A stretch of 64,000 nt of DNA from Malacoraja senta (GCA_038087875.1 JAXLNO010001347.1:62001-126000); one strand, 5' to 3'. Counted from the stretch's first letter, positions 1-13,022 are shown. Translations and numbers: made by a program. Notes: a model not told the origin generated them from the sequence alone.

Positions 1-972
1 GTTTAATTTGACACCTAATTCACTTTCATATCTTCTGTATTAAAAAAGTTTGGCAATTTTCATACTTGGAAATTAGCATCTTGTTCCCTATTGCTTTTCC
101 ATTGACTTAACACAAAAGCTGTGATCAAGGACAGTCAAAAGCCCATAACTTTCTTAAAAATTAAGAGAACTTAATGAAATTTTCAGTTATTATAGATTGA
201 AGCATTCTGAAACAAATATGAAACAATCTTACTTGGATGACCTGAAATTAAAGCATATAATTAGTTAGTTAACCAATTGTAGCTAATTACAAAATTCAAT
301 TACTAGATCTAAATATCTATCCATTTCTTAAGAAAAAGTTAACATTTTTAAAAAGCCTAAGTGTCCAAATAACATTCACACAAGAATTCACAATAAAACA
401 TTATTTTTAAATCTCAGTGTCATTAATTTATAGGCCAAATGGAAGGAATTTAGTGTTTAATTCCTGTAAATTAATGGCCATTTAAATCATCTTGCGAGTG
501 GGATTTTGTGGAACGCGCTGGTTTGTAACGCTGCGGTTGCACTGAATTAAACCCCAACATCGTCAGGAAAAATACTGCCGGTTGGTATACTTAAATAATC
601 ACATTTTCGCAACTTGAAATTTTTATTAAAGGCATCCTAAGAAGCAAGTTTATATGAAAAAATAAATGGTGTACCTTGCCTTGTCCCGTGCGTGAAATCC
701 GTCCCCGTTGTCGGCGTTTACGGCATTTGAAGATGATTTTAATTTTACTCCATCAATTAAATTATAAAGCGCTAATATTAATAAACTTAATAAAACGGCA
801 GTCGAAGCGATTTTTCTTCATCAACTATTTAGCCTGTTCAAGATCATTTAGAACAGGCTGCCGAAATATCGCATTTTAAACCCGCCCCCCCTCTCAAAAG
901 CGCCAAAATCGCGCACACGGGCAGTGACAGAACTGCAGCGCTGCTGAAGGTAAGTTTTGTAACATACCTAGA
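1..972 (+). repeat. Unclassified ~1.1 kb interspersed element, copy 1 (cut by window start); probably a non-autonomous DNA transposon
   Basis: Near-identical reverse complement of 40282-41362 apart from a replaced internal segment. Confidence 0.75.
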
Positions 973-1045
973 TGTAGTCACAATGATTAAAATGGAAACA
1001 ACAGAAGATAATGATTATCTATGAAAGAATATTTAACGTTCTTAC

Positions 1046-1312
1046 CCCAGATGATGGTCTTCCCACCGGGCAGGCTGCTGTGATCGACATGACAGGAATA
1101 CTGTTTCCAATCATATGGATCATACTCAAGGACAGACCTTAGATGATATGTTCCATCGTTGTTGGGTATGACCCCAGAAGATTTGGTCTCAGAGACATGT
1201 TGACCATTCTGCAACCAGCTGACTTTGATGGCCGGTGGGTAAAATCCAGACACAGTGCAGTACAGGACTGAATGATCATCAGGGCGGGCAGCGAGAGTGA
1301 CCTCAGGGGAAA
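1046..1312 (-). CDS. MHC class I-like exon 4: alpha3 Ig C1-set domain (267 nt, open)
   Basis: Acceptor ctttctgtcttgtag|TT, donor TGGG|gtaag. SPEVTLAARPDDHSVLYCTVSGFYPPAIKVSWLQNG...PNNDGTYH...YSCHVDHSSLPGGKTIIW. Confidence 0.95.
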
Positions 1313-1484
1313 CTACAAGACAGAAAGATGGTTATTTTCACCTTCAGTAAAACGTGCACAGTCACCCATCACAAAATATTCTTCAGTCTACTACAACCAC
1401 CAAGTTACTGTCCGCATCTGCCCCATTTTGCCTCTTTCGTCACCATCAACCAAACACGTGGTTTAAAAGGGATCGTACCCTCCC

Positions 1485-1830
1485 TGTTAAGACAGTACAC
1501 AAGAAAGTTTGGAAGTACGTACCATTAAATTCAGGAACAGCTTCTTCCCTGCTGTTATTGGACTAGTGAATGATTCTCATGTAAGATAAGATGTTGCCCT
1601 GATCTTCCAACCAATCTCATTGTGATCCTTGCTACTCTTTTTGATCTGCACTTTCTCTGTAACTGTAATGCTATGATATTGTAACCCGATATTCTGCACT
1701 CTGAATATTTTACTCTTTGCACTGATCTACTTGTGGATGGCTTGATTGCACATGTGAAGTATGATCTGATTGGATAACACACAGACAAACTTTTGACTAT
1801 ATCTCAGTTCACGTGACAATAATAAACTAA
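1485..1830 (+). mobile_element. Rex1/Babar-type LINE 3' remnant
   Basis: caggaacagcttcttccc motif shared with the 3' end of the RT-bearing copy at 37130-38040; ends in a GTGACAATAATAAAC tail. Confidence 0.55.
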
Positions 1831-2569
1831 TACCAACAGCAAATCTTTTCACTAGGGCACATTATTGACAATAATAAATAATTGACAAGTTACGAAATGA
1901 GGGCCAATTGGGGAGGGGACAAGCTTAAAATTGGCAGTATTTTCACTCCTCTTCAATAAGAAATAAAAGAGACCAGTCATTTGTTTACAAAATCTCTTTT
2001 TGCAGAGTGTGGTCATTCTCTGGCGCCAGAGATTTGTGAAGACAAAATCATTGGAAGCATTTAATATGGCGGTAGTTAAACTTTTGAAAGATTGGAGAAT
2101 TGAGTGCAATGAGGAACTGGCACCGAACAGGAGTTGATGCCTGAGGAACGTCAGCCATGGTCATATTGAATGGTGGGCAGGTTAGAGGACCAAATGGCTT
2201 ACTTGATAACTGAGGAGAAAATAAGGCTTCTGAATGATCATTCCATAAGCTAGGGTACTCTCCAATTGACCACTACCCCATTACAGACAGTGGACTTTGT
2301 TTATGGAACTATGCAGGAAGGAACTGTAGATGCTGGTATAAACCGCAGATAGACACAAAATGCTAGAGTAACTCAACGGGTCAGGCAGCATCTCTGGAGA
2401 GAAGGAATGTGTCACGTTTTGTGTCGAAACCCTTATCTAATGGAACTGGTGTGCTACATTGCTGAGAACTATATGCCACACTCTGTACATTCCCCTTTGC
2501 TCTACCTTCAGTACTTGAGTTGACTTGATCATATATATGTATGTTGTTATCTCATCCAATTGGATAGCA

Positions 2570-2860
2570 TGCAACTACCTGGAAAGTTGCTGCCTTACAG
2601 TACCACAGACCAAAGTTCAATCCTGACAATGGGTGCTGTCTATATAGAGTTCATATATTCTCTCTGTGACCATGTGAGTTATCTCCGGGTGCTACAGTTC
2701 CGTCACATTCAAAGACGTGCAGGTTTGTAAGTTTTTTGGCTTCTGTAAATTGTCCCTAGTGTGTAGGATAGAACTAATATTTGGGTGGTCGTTAGTCAGC
2801 ACGGGTTCAGTGGGCCAAAAGGCCTATTTCCATGCTGTACCTCGAAACTAAACGTGACAA
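2570..2860 (+). mobile_element. tRNA-derived V-SINE-type SINE (degenerate)
   Basis: gttcaatcctgac B-box-like head, V-like core and gtgggcc...aaggcctatttcc...aaactaaac tail, as in other copies. Confidence 0.65.
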
Positions 2861-3829
2861 TAATAATCCGAAACTTATCCCTGTGCCTATCTGTAGATTA
2901 GTGTCACTCATACTGTGGCTCCGCCCACAGGCTTATTAGACAGCTCTCTCTCTCTCTGGTAGACTGGTAGTAAGCATGCTGAGAAGAAAGCGCCTTGTGT
3001 TTCCTCTGCAAAGTTACTAATAACCACTATGTGTGAGTTTGATCATTCTTCCAACACTATCTCTTGTGTTGTTACGTCTCTGGAACTAAGTGGTAGCTGC
3101 GCTTAACTTTGTTGTAGCATAACTGTTTATGCTGAACAATTCATGAAAAAAGTCTAAAAAGGATAAAATAACAAGTGATTCCAACATGTTGAAAGATAAT
3201 TGGGACTGATACGTAATGGGTGGAACTGCGGCACAGTTCCAGTGACGAGGGTTCGGTCACAATCTTGAAACAGAAAAACTTAAACTGAGGCAGGCGCCTC
3301 AACTTCATCAATCCAGTGCTGTTATGACACTGGGCCTTAACATGAGAAAATTAGAAATTGGGTATTTCCTTAGGGCAAAATCAGACTTCTCAGAGACTTG
3401 AAAGCTGCAAGATAGTACTGGAATGTGGTGGATCTCTGCGTGCTGTTCCAGAAAAGGATGAATTGTACTTATGTACAGTATGACTTGACTGGGGAGAATG
3501 CAGAACAACCATTTCACTGCAGATAGACACAAAAAGCTGGAGTAACTCAGCGGGACAGGCAGCATCTCTGGAGAGAAGGGACGGGGTGTCCAGCATCTGC
3601 TGTTCCATCCAAACCATTTCACTGCATCTCTGCATGCATGAAACTAAACAGAGTTATATAAAATGCAGCACATACTGCACTACTCAAGTAGGTCAGGCTG
3701 TCCTGATTTTGCAGGTGGATAACTTTACTGTAATTTAAAAACACACAAAAACGTGCAGGTGTAACTCAGTGGCTCAGGCAGCATCTGGAAGACATGGTTA
3801 TGTAATATTTCAGCTTGGGATCCTGCTTC

Positions 3830-4450
3830 ATACTTCTTGCATCTGTTCTTTCTGTCTTCAACTTAACAGTTGAAAGGACCAGTTCTTTTATCGACAGAGA
3901 ATGCAACTTGTTGAATGTGGAATTGAGTTTGAAAGGCTGCAACATGTCCAGACAGAAGCTGAGTTGTTGGTCCTCAAGGTTACTTTCACCCTTGTTATCC
4001 TAGTGTAAGAGGTACAGATGGATGGATCATGGTGGGTGTTGAATGGAGAATTAAAGTGGCAGGAATTAGGAATCTTAGAAAGTCCCATGGATTGAATGGA
4101 TTCTCCAGAAAGCAGCCATTCTATTTGTTTCATTGATGCCATGTGGAAGATTACGTCATGAAAACCAAATGCAGTAGATTTGACTGGAAGTCCAAGTGTT
4201 TCACGCTGTTTCACTTTGAAGAACTGCCTGGGTCTATGGAAAGTGGTAAATGGATTGATGTTGCTTGCACCAAGACAGGAAAGTAGAGGAAAGTTGTGGG
4301 GATAGTAGACAGAGCAGGGAGCGAAAAAGGGAATGACTACTTCAAAATATAGAATGGGGAGCAGGGCAGGAGCGGAGGGAGAAATGGATTGACTAATTGA
4401 ATCAGATTTAAACTGGGAGGAAGTATTCAACATGGAGGCTGGAGGAGTGG
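3830..4450 (-). mobile_element. Old, degenerate Penelope-like GIY-YIG fragment
   Basis: ORF 3888-4568 contains INPFTTFHRPRQFFKVKQR, a decayed version of TSPLDSIQGPKQSFQVRQR in the younger copies. Confidence 0.55.
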
Positions 4451-4560
4451 AAAACATATCCCTGCCCTGTCCAATGAGAATATATAGAACATAGAACAGT
4501 ACAAGAACAGGACTTTCAGCCTGCAATATCCATGTGGAACAGGATACCAGGTTAAACTGA

Positions 4561-4848
4561 GGCAACACAGAGGCACAGTGATAGAGTGGCTGTCTTACAG
4601 CATTAGAGACCCGGGTTCGATCCTGACTAGAGTGCTGTCTGGACGGAGTTTGTACGTTCCCTCTGTCACCCTGTGGGTTTTCTCTGGGGGCTCCGGTTTC
4701 CTCCCAAATACAAAATACATGCAGGTTAATTGGCTTCTGTAAATTGTCCCTAGCTTGTAGGACAGAAATAGTGAATGGGCAATTGCTGGTCAGTGCAGAC
4801 TCAGTGGCCCAAAGGTGCTGTTTCCATACTCTATCTCTAAACTAAACC
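4561..4848 (+). mobile_element. V-SINE-type SINE
   Basis: ggca..cag.ggcacagtgatagag A-box and gggttcgatcc B-box, ccggtttcctccca core, ctctaaactaaa tail. Confidence 0.8.
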
Positions 4849-5421
4849 AACACTAATCTCCACTGCCTGCATGTGATCCATATCCTTGTATTCCCTGCAT
4901 ACCCACAAGCCTGTCCAAAACTTTCTTAAGCACCATTATCATGTCCTCCTCTACCACCACTCCTGGTAGCGCATTCTAGGTATCAAGCTCTCTCTGTGCA
5001 AAAAAACACTTGACCTGCACATCTCGTGTAAATTTTGCCCTTCGAAGCTTAACGCTGTGCTCTTTTGAGATGTGTGATAGACATGCAATCCCATTAGGGG
5101 CTGTCAACTGTGGTCAAGAAAATCCATGGTTAACTAATATGAAAGACATCAATTACACTTTCTCCCTGTCAAACAGGGATGTAATGCTGAGGTTCTATAA
5201 GGCGCCGGTCAAGCCACATTTGGAGCATTGTGAGCAATTTTGGGCACCATATCTGAGGAAGGATGTGCTGGCTCTGGAGAGGGTCCAGCGGAGGTGTACA
5301 AGAATGATCCCAGGAATGAATGGGTTAACATATGATGACCATTTGATGGTAGTGGGCCTGTACTCGCTGGAGTTTAGAAGAATAAGGGGGGACCTCATTG
5401 AATCATACAAAATAGTAAAAG

Positions 5422-7759
5422 ACTGTTTGCCTTTTGATATTGGTTCAATTATATTTGCTCCCACAAAATTGCATTAAAAAATCTATAGTGAAAATTCTAT
5501 AATATATAGTGGTATACGAATTTGGAAACAATTAAAAAATACTTTAAAATTGGATAATTTATCACTCTGTCTCCCCATTATAAACAACCCTTTATTCAAA
5601 CCTTCCATGTTGGATAAAGGCTTTACACAATGGAAAAATTATGGAATTAAAAAGATGGGACATCTTTCTAGGAAATGCACTTTTCTTTCATTTCAGGAGT
5701 TACAACAGATTTACGGACTACACTCAAATAACTTTTTCAGATATTTACAACTTAAAGATTACATTAAATCAAATACACAAGATTACAGAACTAGGGAACC
5801 AGAAATCCTTGATGAATGTTTGAATAAACATCCTAATACAGAAAAATTAATATCTCATATTTATAATACCCTCTTAGATAGTGAGGTTCCGCTGACGGAT
5901 TTATATAGACACACATGGGAAAATGAATTAGGCCAACCTATAACGAAAGATATTTGGGACTAAAGTCTACAATATATACATCAATGCTCGTTAAATGCCA
6001 GACATGCCTTAATACAATTTAAAGAATTACATAGATTACATTATTCTTAAACAAAATTAAATAGAATCTTCCCACATATCTCTCCTATTTGTGATAAATG
6101 CCAGCATTTAGAGGCTAACTTAACTCATACCTTTGTAAATTGTATAAAAATCAAAAATTTCTGGAAGGACATTTTCAGAATAATTTATGAAGTAGTCAAT
6201 AATAATAATAATAATAAATTGTATTTATGGGCGCCTTTCAAGAGTCTCAAGGACACCTTACAGTATTTAACAAGTAAAAAAACATATAATCGGAGTAAAA
6301 TAAATAGTAAAGACATCACCAATAGACAAATTAAAGACAGAATTCGATCCAAAAACAAAAAAATCAGAAACACAATGTGACGAGAGAGCAGCGGCTGCTA
6401 AACCGCGCTAGCGTACACTCTCCCTTCCAGCAGCCATCTTGGACACACACTAAAATAATCACTAACACACAGAAATCATCCCCCCACTGGATGGTTACCA
6501 CTGTGGGGGAAGGCACAATGTCCAGTCCCCATCCCCAGTTCTCCCAAAAGTCAGGCCTATTGAGGCCTCAGCTATTGCCTCTACGAGGCCCGATGTTCCT
6601 GGCCGTTCTCGCCGGGTGCTGTCGGGAGAGTCCTCTCAGCGGCTGGGCCATCTGGAACGCCCGCTTCCCTACCGAAGTCCGCGGCTTCCGAAGCCGACAA
6701 GGCCGCGCCGGTTTGGAGCTCCCAGACTCCCGATGTTGAAGTCGGCACCGCCCGCTCCGCTCCGCAGACCCGCAGCCCGGAGGTGTTGACCTCGGCAGTC
6801 ACAGCTCACTGGAGCTCCAGCGCGTCGATCCAGCGCGGCGACCCAGGCAAGGCATCGCCCGCTCCAGAGCTACGCCGCCACCGAAGGCGAGGTGCTGGGC
6901 GGTCCCCTCCAGGAAAACGGCGCTCCACGCCCGCTGGTAGGCCACGAGGATGGGTCGATGGGGCAGCCCGGAGAAAAAGCTGCCTCACCGACCAGGTAGG
7001 GACCTAGAAATATAGTTACCCCCTTCCCCCTACATTAAAAAGTCTATTTCTCCCACAAACAGAACACAGGACTCACTAGAACTACAAAAAAAAGTGAATT
7101 AAACAGACAGCTGCTGACCTAGCAGCCGTTCCCCAAGATGGCCCCTCCCCTTCTGGATCCCGACTCAAAACTAATAATATTAGGAATATCAGAACAAAGC
7201 CTAAGACTTACAATAAACCAAAGAAACTTTCTTGATTATAGTATAATAATTGGGAAAAAATTAATATTAACATTTTGGAAAGGTCCTATAACCCCCACAA
7301 TTAAAATGTGGATTATGGAAATATCAGAGACCTTACATTTGGAAAGAACTAGACTTGTCTTAATTGACAAACATGAATTATTTAATAGAATATGGTCTCC
7401 ATTTATTGATTTTTTGAAAGGGTAAATTGGTTCAGCATGGGAATCTGACTGAAATCCAAGCTCAGAATTAGATGAATAGTTATGCTTTATAACCTACGGA
7501 CCTATCTCCAAAGTTGTATTATTGGTAAATTATTCCATTCTTCTTTATCATGCCTTTTTTTTTTAAATTTCTCACTTTCTATCTATAAAAAAATAAAAAA
7601 ATAAATAGAAGCAGATTTAATATACAATTGATAAATGAGGACCACTATTATTTTGATAGCTGGACTCCCACCTATTAGCAAAGTAGGATTGATATATAAG
7701 AAATGTTTGTATTATGATATGCACATGCTTCTAATAACAATATATTTTTTTAAACAAAC
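5422..7759 (+). mobile_element. 5'-truncated older L1 (ORF2 C-terminus and 3'UTR), itself interrupted at ~6200-7140
   Basis: ORFs 5550-5963 and 7138-7425 match the C-terminus of the intact L1 ORF2 (NNPLFKPS, WENELG, KKLILTFWK); ordinary ~12-bp TSD. Confidence 0.85.
6200..7140 (-). mobile_element. GC-rich non-coding retroposon with L2-like tail and (ATT)n
   Basis: Minus-strand 3' end gtgtccttgagactcttgaaaggcgcccataaat + (ATT)n; internal TGCCTTCCCCCACAGTG motif shared with the copies at 10.3, 14.2 and 44.5 kb. Confidence 0.6.
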
Positions 7760-8425
7760 AAATAGTGAAAGGCTTGGATAGATGTGGATGTGGAGAGGAT
7801 GTCTCCAAAGGTGGGAGAATCTACGACGAGAGGTCATAGTCTCAATATTAAAGGACATTCCTTTAGGAAAGAGATGAGGAGGAATTTATTTTGTCAGAGG
7901 GTGGCGATTCTGTGGAATTATTTGCCACAGAAGGCTGTGGAGTCCGTCAATGGATATTTTTAATTCTTGATTAGTATGCACGTCAGGGGTTATGGGGAGA
8001 AGGCAGGAGAATGGGGTTAGGAGGGAGAGATAGATCAGCCATGATTGACGGGCGAAGTCGACTTGATGGGCCGAATGTTCTAATGCTGCAGCCATTACTT
8101 ATGACCTTATGACTCAGTTGGCTTCCTCCATGTGTTCCAGTTTTGTCCCATATACCAAAGACGTGCCGGTGAGTTAGTTGGGCATTGCAAATTATCCGTC
8201 GAGGAGCTGAATGCAAGGAGAATCCGAGGGAGCTGAGTGCAAGTTGTGAGAGAGAGCTGTGGAACAGTTTGTCGACATTGCATAGAAAACTAGCATAGAA
8301 TCAATGGGCCGAATGACCTTTCCCTCTGTCATGATTGGGTTAGAGATAATATTACTCATTGCCTCAGAGTGAAATATTACTCATTGCCTACCATCACAAA
8401 ACAACATCCTTTGTTCTGAACTCAC

Positions 8426-8699
8426 CTTTTCTGGTCAGGTATGTCTTTCCAATTGCATAGTATGTAAGCCATAGATCCACAGTCATGTTCTAACAAGCTC
8501 TTGAAATAACGGTTCATTTTTTCATTCTTGTCCCATTTCTCTTTGAAGGGCTCAGCTATTGGATCATGCACCGTCCACTTTAGCTTGTCCTTATCAAAAC
8601 TAAATGCATATCTTCCATCAAAAGCCAACTTCAATATCCCTACAGTGGGACTGTGATCGTCCACCTCACAACCAAACTGTCCTTGAACGTAGTGATAAT
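8426..8699 (-). CDS. MHC class I-like exon 3: alpha2 domain (274 nt; 2-bp deletion after the second Cys)
   Basis: Acceptor ttttatttcag|AT, donor AAAAG|gtgagt. YHYVQGQFGCEV...LAFDG...KWD...LEHDC; the C-terminal DLWLTYYAIGKTYLTRK lies in another frame. 274+2 = 276 nt, the usual alpha2 exon length. Confidence 0.93.
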
Positions 8700-8854
8700 C
8701 TGAAATAAAAATAAAAATCATTATTTCATTAATTGTTATGACTGGGTAATTTCTGAACACCAGGGTCCAAGTCATTTATATATGTCACAAGTAGCAAGGG
8801 TCACAGCACAGATCCCTGCAGAACTCTACTTGTCACTGAACTACAGCCTGAATA

Positions 8855-9290
8855 TTTGGCCTTCCGTACAACTGTAGAGACCATATTATTGTACGGGTGT
8901 GAGGCATGGACTCTCACTCCAGCACTGTCCTAGTCTCTCGATGGTACCTACACCCGAATGCTCGGAAAAGTTCAAAATGTCAGATGGGGGGACCACATCA
9001 CCAACGCCCAGCTCTATGGGGAGAATCCACCTCTGACCGAGAAGATCACGTTGAGAAGGATGAGGCTCGCAGGTCACTGGCTCCGCCACCCAGAAATGCC
9101 AGCAAACAAGGTTGTGCTGTGGGAACCCACCCATGGAAGACTAGACCCAGGACGGCCAATCAAGATGATGCTGAAGACGTTGATGGAAGACGCATGTGTA
9201 GAGACAAAAGAGGAGCTTGCCAGTTGCATGGAGGACAGAGATGTGTGGTGCGTCCGTCACCGTGCCCGTCGGAAACCAGCACGGCACTAA
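8855..9290 (+). mobile_element. RTE-clade LINE 3' fragment
   Basis: VETILLYGCEAWTLT...DGTYTRML...RRMRLAGHWLRHPE...VVLWEP..GRP...MEDRDVW; one in-frame stop. Confidence 0.85.
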
Positions 9291-9424
9291 TGTTTTCAAC
9301 GATTATTATTATCATCCACTACACCCCTCTGTCCTGGGGATTTATCCACATTTCTCTTCAAGTGATCCAACATCTTCTTCTTGCTTAACTTCAAAGTGTC
9401 CCTGCATGTTAGCATTCTCCACGT

Positions 9425-10215
9425 GTAAGAAAGAACTGCAGATGCTGCAGATGTTAAAATCGTAGAGACACTAAATGCTGGTGTAACTCAGCGGGTCAGG
9501 CAGCTTCCCTGGAGAGAAGGAATGGGCATCGTTTTGGGTCGAGACCCTTCTTCAGACTGATGTCCGGGGAGGGACAAAGATAGAATGTCGGCGGAGACAG
9601 TAAGACTGGTGGCAGAATTGGGAAGGGGGAGGGGATGGAGAGAGAAATCAAGGGCTATCGAAAGTTATAGAAGTCAATGTTCATACCGCTGGAGTATAGA
9701 CTACCCAAGCGAAATATGAGGTGCTGTTCCTCCAATTTGGGCTGGGCCTCACTCTGACAATGGAGGAGGCCCAGGACAGAAAGGTCAGATTGGGAATGGG
9801 AGGGGGAGTTGAAGTGCTGAGCCACCGGGAGATCGGGTAGGGTATGACGGACTGAGGGGAAGTGTTCAGCAAAACGATCGCCGAGCCTGCGCTTGGTCTC
9901 ACTGATGTAGAGAAGTTGACAACTGAAACAGCGGATACAGTAGATGAGGTTGGAAGAGGTGCAAGTGAACTTCTGCCTCACCTGGAATGACTTTAGGTCC
10001 TTGGACAGAGTCGAGGGGGGACGTAAAGGGGCAGGTGTTGCATCTCCTGCGGTTGCAGGGGAAAGTATCCGGGGAGTGGGTGGTTTGGGTGTGAAGGGAC
10101 GAGTTGACCAGGGAGTTTCGGAGGGAACGGTCTCTGCGGAAAGCAGAAAGGGGTGGAGATGGGAAGATGTGACCAGTAGTGGGATCCCGTTGGAGGTGGC
10201 AAAAATGTTGGAGGA
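9425..10215 (-). mobile_element. Penelope-like element, 5'-truncated (GIY-YIG and terminal repeat)
   Basis: FQVRQKFTCTSSNLIYCIRC...LYISETKRRLGDRFAEH...QHFN; terminal repeat with a mutated hammerhead core. Confidence 0.88.
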
Positions 10216-10334
10216 TTTTATGATGTACTTACTATTAATGGTCCTTACTATTCTACATGTCTTCCTTGGTGAAACCAAACCTCGCCTATATCCACAAACT
10301 CCAAGCACATATTCCCTTCTATATCCTTAAGCAA

Positions 10335-11035
10335 TCCACCTTTTGCTGCAATGGTTGCCTCGCCAACAGTATGTCTGTCCCTTCCTTCTTTGTGTCCATT
10401 TTGTACGTGTTAAATGTATATTCTTCAGTGTTCTTAAGCTTGTTTTTTGGGCGGGGGGGGGGGGGGTGGGGGAGTTGTGGGAAACTTTTCCTAATCTCTT
10501 ACCTCGACGTTGATGCGATATTTTCTGTATCGTATCTCCGTCCACAATGCGGCCTAACATTGAGGAATGGCGGCCTTTGCTAGAGATCGACCGGGAGATC
10601 CATCGCAGGAGCCTGTGGACTTACCATCATGGAGCTCGCAATCCCTGTCGGGGATCGACTTTAGAGCTCCAACTGTGAGAGCCTGCAAGACTTTAACATC
10701 GTGGAGCCTGTGGTCCTCGGTCGAGACCGACATCCGGGACCTCAAGGAGTTTCGACCGCTCCGATGTGGGAGTTTCGATTCCCCAACGGGGGTTTCGACC
10801 ACCGACTGCAGATTGTTTGACTGCCCAGACCGTGGGAGATAAAGAGGAAGGAGATTAGACTTTATTGCCTTCTATCACAGTGAGGAACGTGCGGGCTCCT
10901 CTGTTGTGGATGTTTATGTTAACTTTTACGTTATTGTGTGTCTTGTTGCTTTTTTTTTGTATGGTGTATGGTAGTCTGCATTTCAATGTACCTTAATTGG
11001 TATATGTGACAATAAACTAACCATGAAACCTTGAA
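10335..11035 (+). mobile_element. GC-rich non-coding retroposon with Rex1-like tail
   Basis: T-rich/G-run head, GC-rich body, TGCCTTCTATCACAGTG motif at 10866, tail TTTCAATGTACC...GGTAT.TGTGACAATAAA. Confidence 0.55.
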
Positions 11036-11975
11036 AAAGATGTGGGATTTTCTGTAATCCGACTCACTAAAGCCACTTTGTAGCCTTTATTAGCCCCTTT
11101 AGTTTTAAGCTTTAGAGCAGTGGTTCTTAACCTTTTTGGCCCCACGACCCCATCGGGCATTCTTGATCAGTACCGTGACCTCTGAAACAAAATTTGAAAA
11201 AAAACAGCCCGATTTATTAAAACATGTCAGCCAATGCTCAGTCAATGGGATGGCTGAAATTGCTTCGCAGTCATCAGGCAATCAAAACATGGACGAATGC
11301 TCGACAGGCAGCATCTGATGTCAGTGTCGATCACAAGCCTATTGCGTACCTTCGTTTTCAGAGTTACCATAGTTGAGAATCCACCCTCACAGTGAGAGGT
11401 TGAGGGGGACTGGACCAATAGGGTCAAGGCCCTCTTCGAAAGAACAGGACAGTCCTTCACTTCCAGCCAAAACGTGGCGAGCCCTTGTTCCATGAAGTCA
11501 CTCTTGAGTTGCGCATCTCCACGAATTCGGTAAAATTCAACCTTCGCAGTCACGTCAGTATCACTGATGCCACCGTCTTCAACGGAAAAGGGTCGGATGA
11601 TCCACTCATCATGAGAGCAGTCGTCCAGTCTGGGGAAATAACGTTCGATGGCTTCACTAATTGCCAGAAGGTGGGTTGAGATCTCCTCATGGAACTGGCA
11701 TTCAGCATCAGGCATAGCATCCAGGAGAGTTGTCATTTCAGGGAAGATAGTCGAGTCACCGTCCTAGGCTCTTCTCTGGTAAAGGTTCCTCCTGAATGCT
11801 GCCACATTGCCATTGGGAGGTTTCCTTGAAGTGACAGGTTCAAGGAATTCACCTCGGCGAAGAAGTCAGCCAAGTAAGCAACCTTCATCACGAACAGTTC
11901 ATCCTGCATCTTTTCATGAAGCTGATTCTCCTTCTCAGTACACCTTCTCTCCAAGAACAGCGCTATTTCCTCTCA

Positions 11976-12116
<141 letters not shown>

Positions 12117-12429
12117 TCACAATCTTCACCACATCTGAAAGCACTTCTCGAAGACCAAGAGCGAGAGTCTTCATTGCTAAAGCATGGCGATGTATCATGC
12201 AGTGGGTGAAGGAGACATGGGGAGCGACAACCTTCACGAAGGCTTGGAAACTGGATCTGCAACCGACCATGGAAGGTGCCCCATCTGTACACATCCCGAC
12301 AAGGCGTTCCCAGCCAAGCTCATGTTTGATGAGGAAGGCTTCCAGCATTCTGAACACATCTTCTCCCCGAGTGGTAGTAGCCAATGGCTCCGAGAACAGG
12401 TACTCCTCCGTCATGGCTACTCCATTGAG

Positions 12430-13022
12430 GTTCGACAGTGCTGCCACTCCGGAAGTGGCGGCGCTGTCGAACAGCAGCGTCTCGCCTGCAGTCCGTCTGT
12501 TTTTACTTTTTTTGTTGTTTTCTTTTAGTTTAAATTTTAGTTTATTGGGTTGTCTATGTGTGGGGTGGGGGGGTGAAACATGCTTTTTGTCTCTTCCTTC
12601 GGGGGAGTGCGACTTTTTCTTGTCGTATCCCCCTTCTCTGCCTCCGTCTGCGCTGAGGCCTAATGGCGGAGCTGCTGGCCTCCAACTCCAACTGCGACCG
12701 ACCGACCTCGAGGCTCCGGAGGCAGAGCGAGGACTTACCAGTGCGGGGCTGGGCAACTTCGGGGCTGCGGTGGCATTCCGGCGGTGGCGACCGAGGACAC
12801 TGGTGGCGACCTGAATCCGGAGGCTCGGCCGCGGGCCCGGTGGACGACATCGTCGGGAGCTCGCAGGTCACAGGTGGGTGACCTGTTTTTCTGGAGCTCC
12901 CGCAACTACAGCTGCGTCCGTGTTTTGTTATTTATTATTATATGTATGACTGCAGGCAACGAAATTTCGTTCAGACCGAAAGGTCTGAATGACAAATAAA
13001 GGAATCTCTAATCTCTAATCTC
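12430..13022 (+). mobile_element. GC-rich non-coding retroposon inserted in the hAT transposase
   Basis: Starts with a 19-bp hairpin (12430-12472) and ends with stem-loop TTCAGACC-GAAA-GGTCTGAA plus (AATCTCT)3. Removing it restores the transposase frame YVCYLNGVAMTEEY. Confidence 0.7.

Larger units (their letters stand above)
5160..8110 (+). mobile_element. CR1 LINE 3' fragment (5160-5421 and 7760-8110) split by an older L1
   Basis: HLEHCEQFWAPYLRKDVLALERVQRR...YSLEFRRIRGDLIESYKI continues after 7760 with aggcttggatag...gagagg. The interruption is flanked by AAATAGT(A/G)AAAG (5410-5421 / 7760-7771). Confidence 0.8.

Noticed and set aside
930-972. Helitron 3' end (palindrome plus CTAG) for the element at 1-972
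   Set aside because: Both copies continue with A after CTAG rather than the expected T, and the palindrome is about 23 nt away and not conserved in copy 2. Left unclassified.
1-1045. Transmembrane or cytoplasmic exon of the MHC gene
   Set aside because: This interval is almost entirely the interspersed element also present at 40.3-41.4 kb; no hydrophobic exon with splice sites was seen, so these exons are presumed outside the window.
987-1312. MHC class II beta2 or immunoglobulin constant exon as the identity of the Ig domain
   Set aside because: It splices in phase with upstream alpha1 and alpha2 exons bearing class I hallmarks (N86 glycan site, C101-C164), giving a three-domain class I layout.
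8700-8860. RTE insertion disrupting the alpha2 acceptor
   Set aside because: The RTE-coding part starts about 155 bp from the exon, and the T-rich tract and CAG acceptor look intact.
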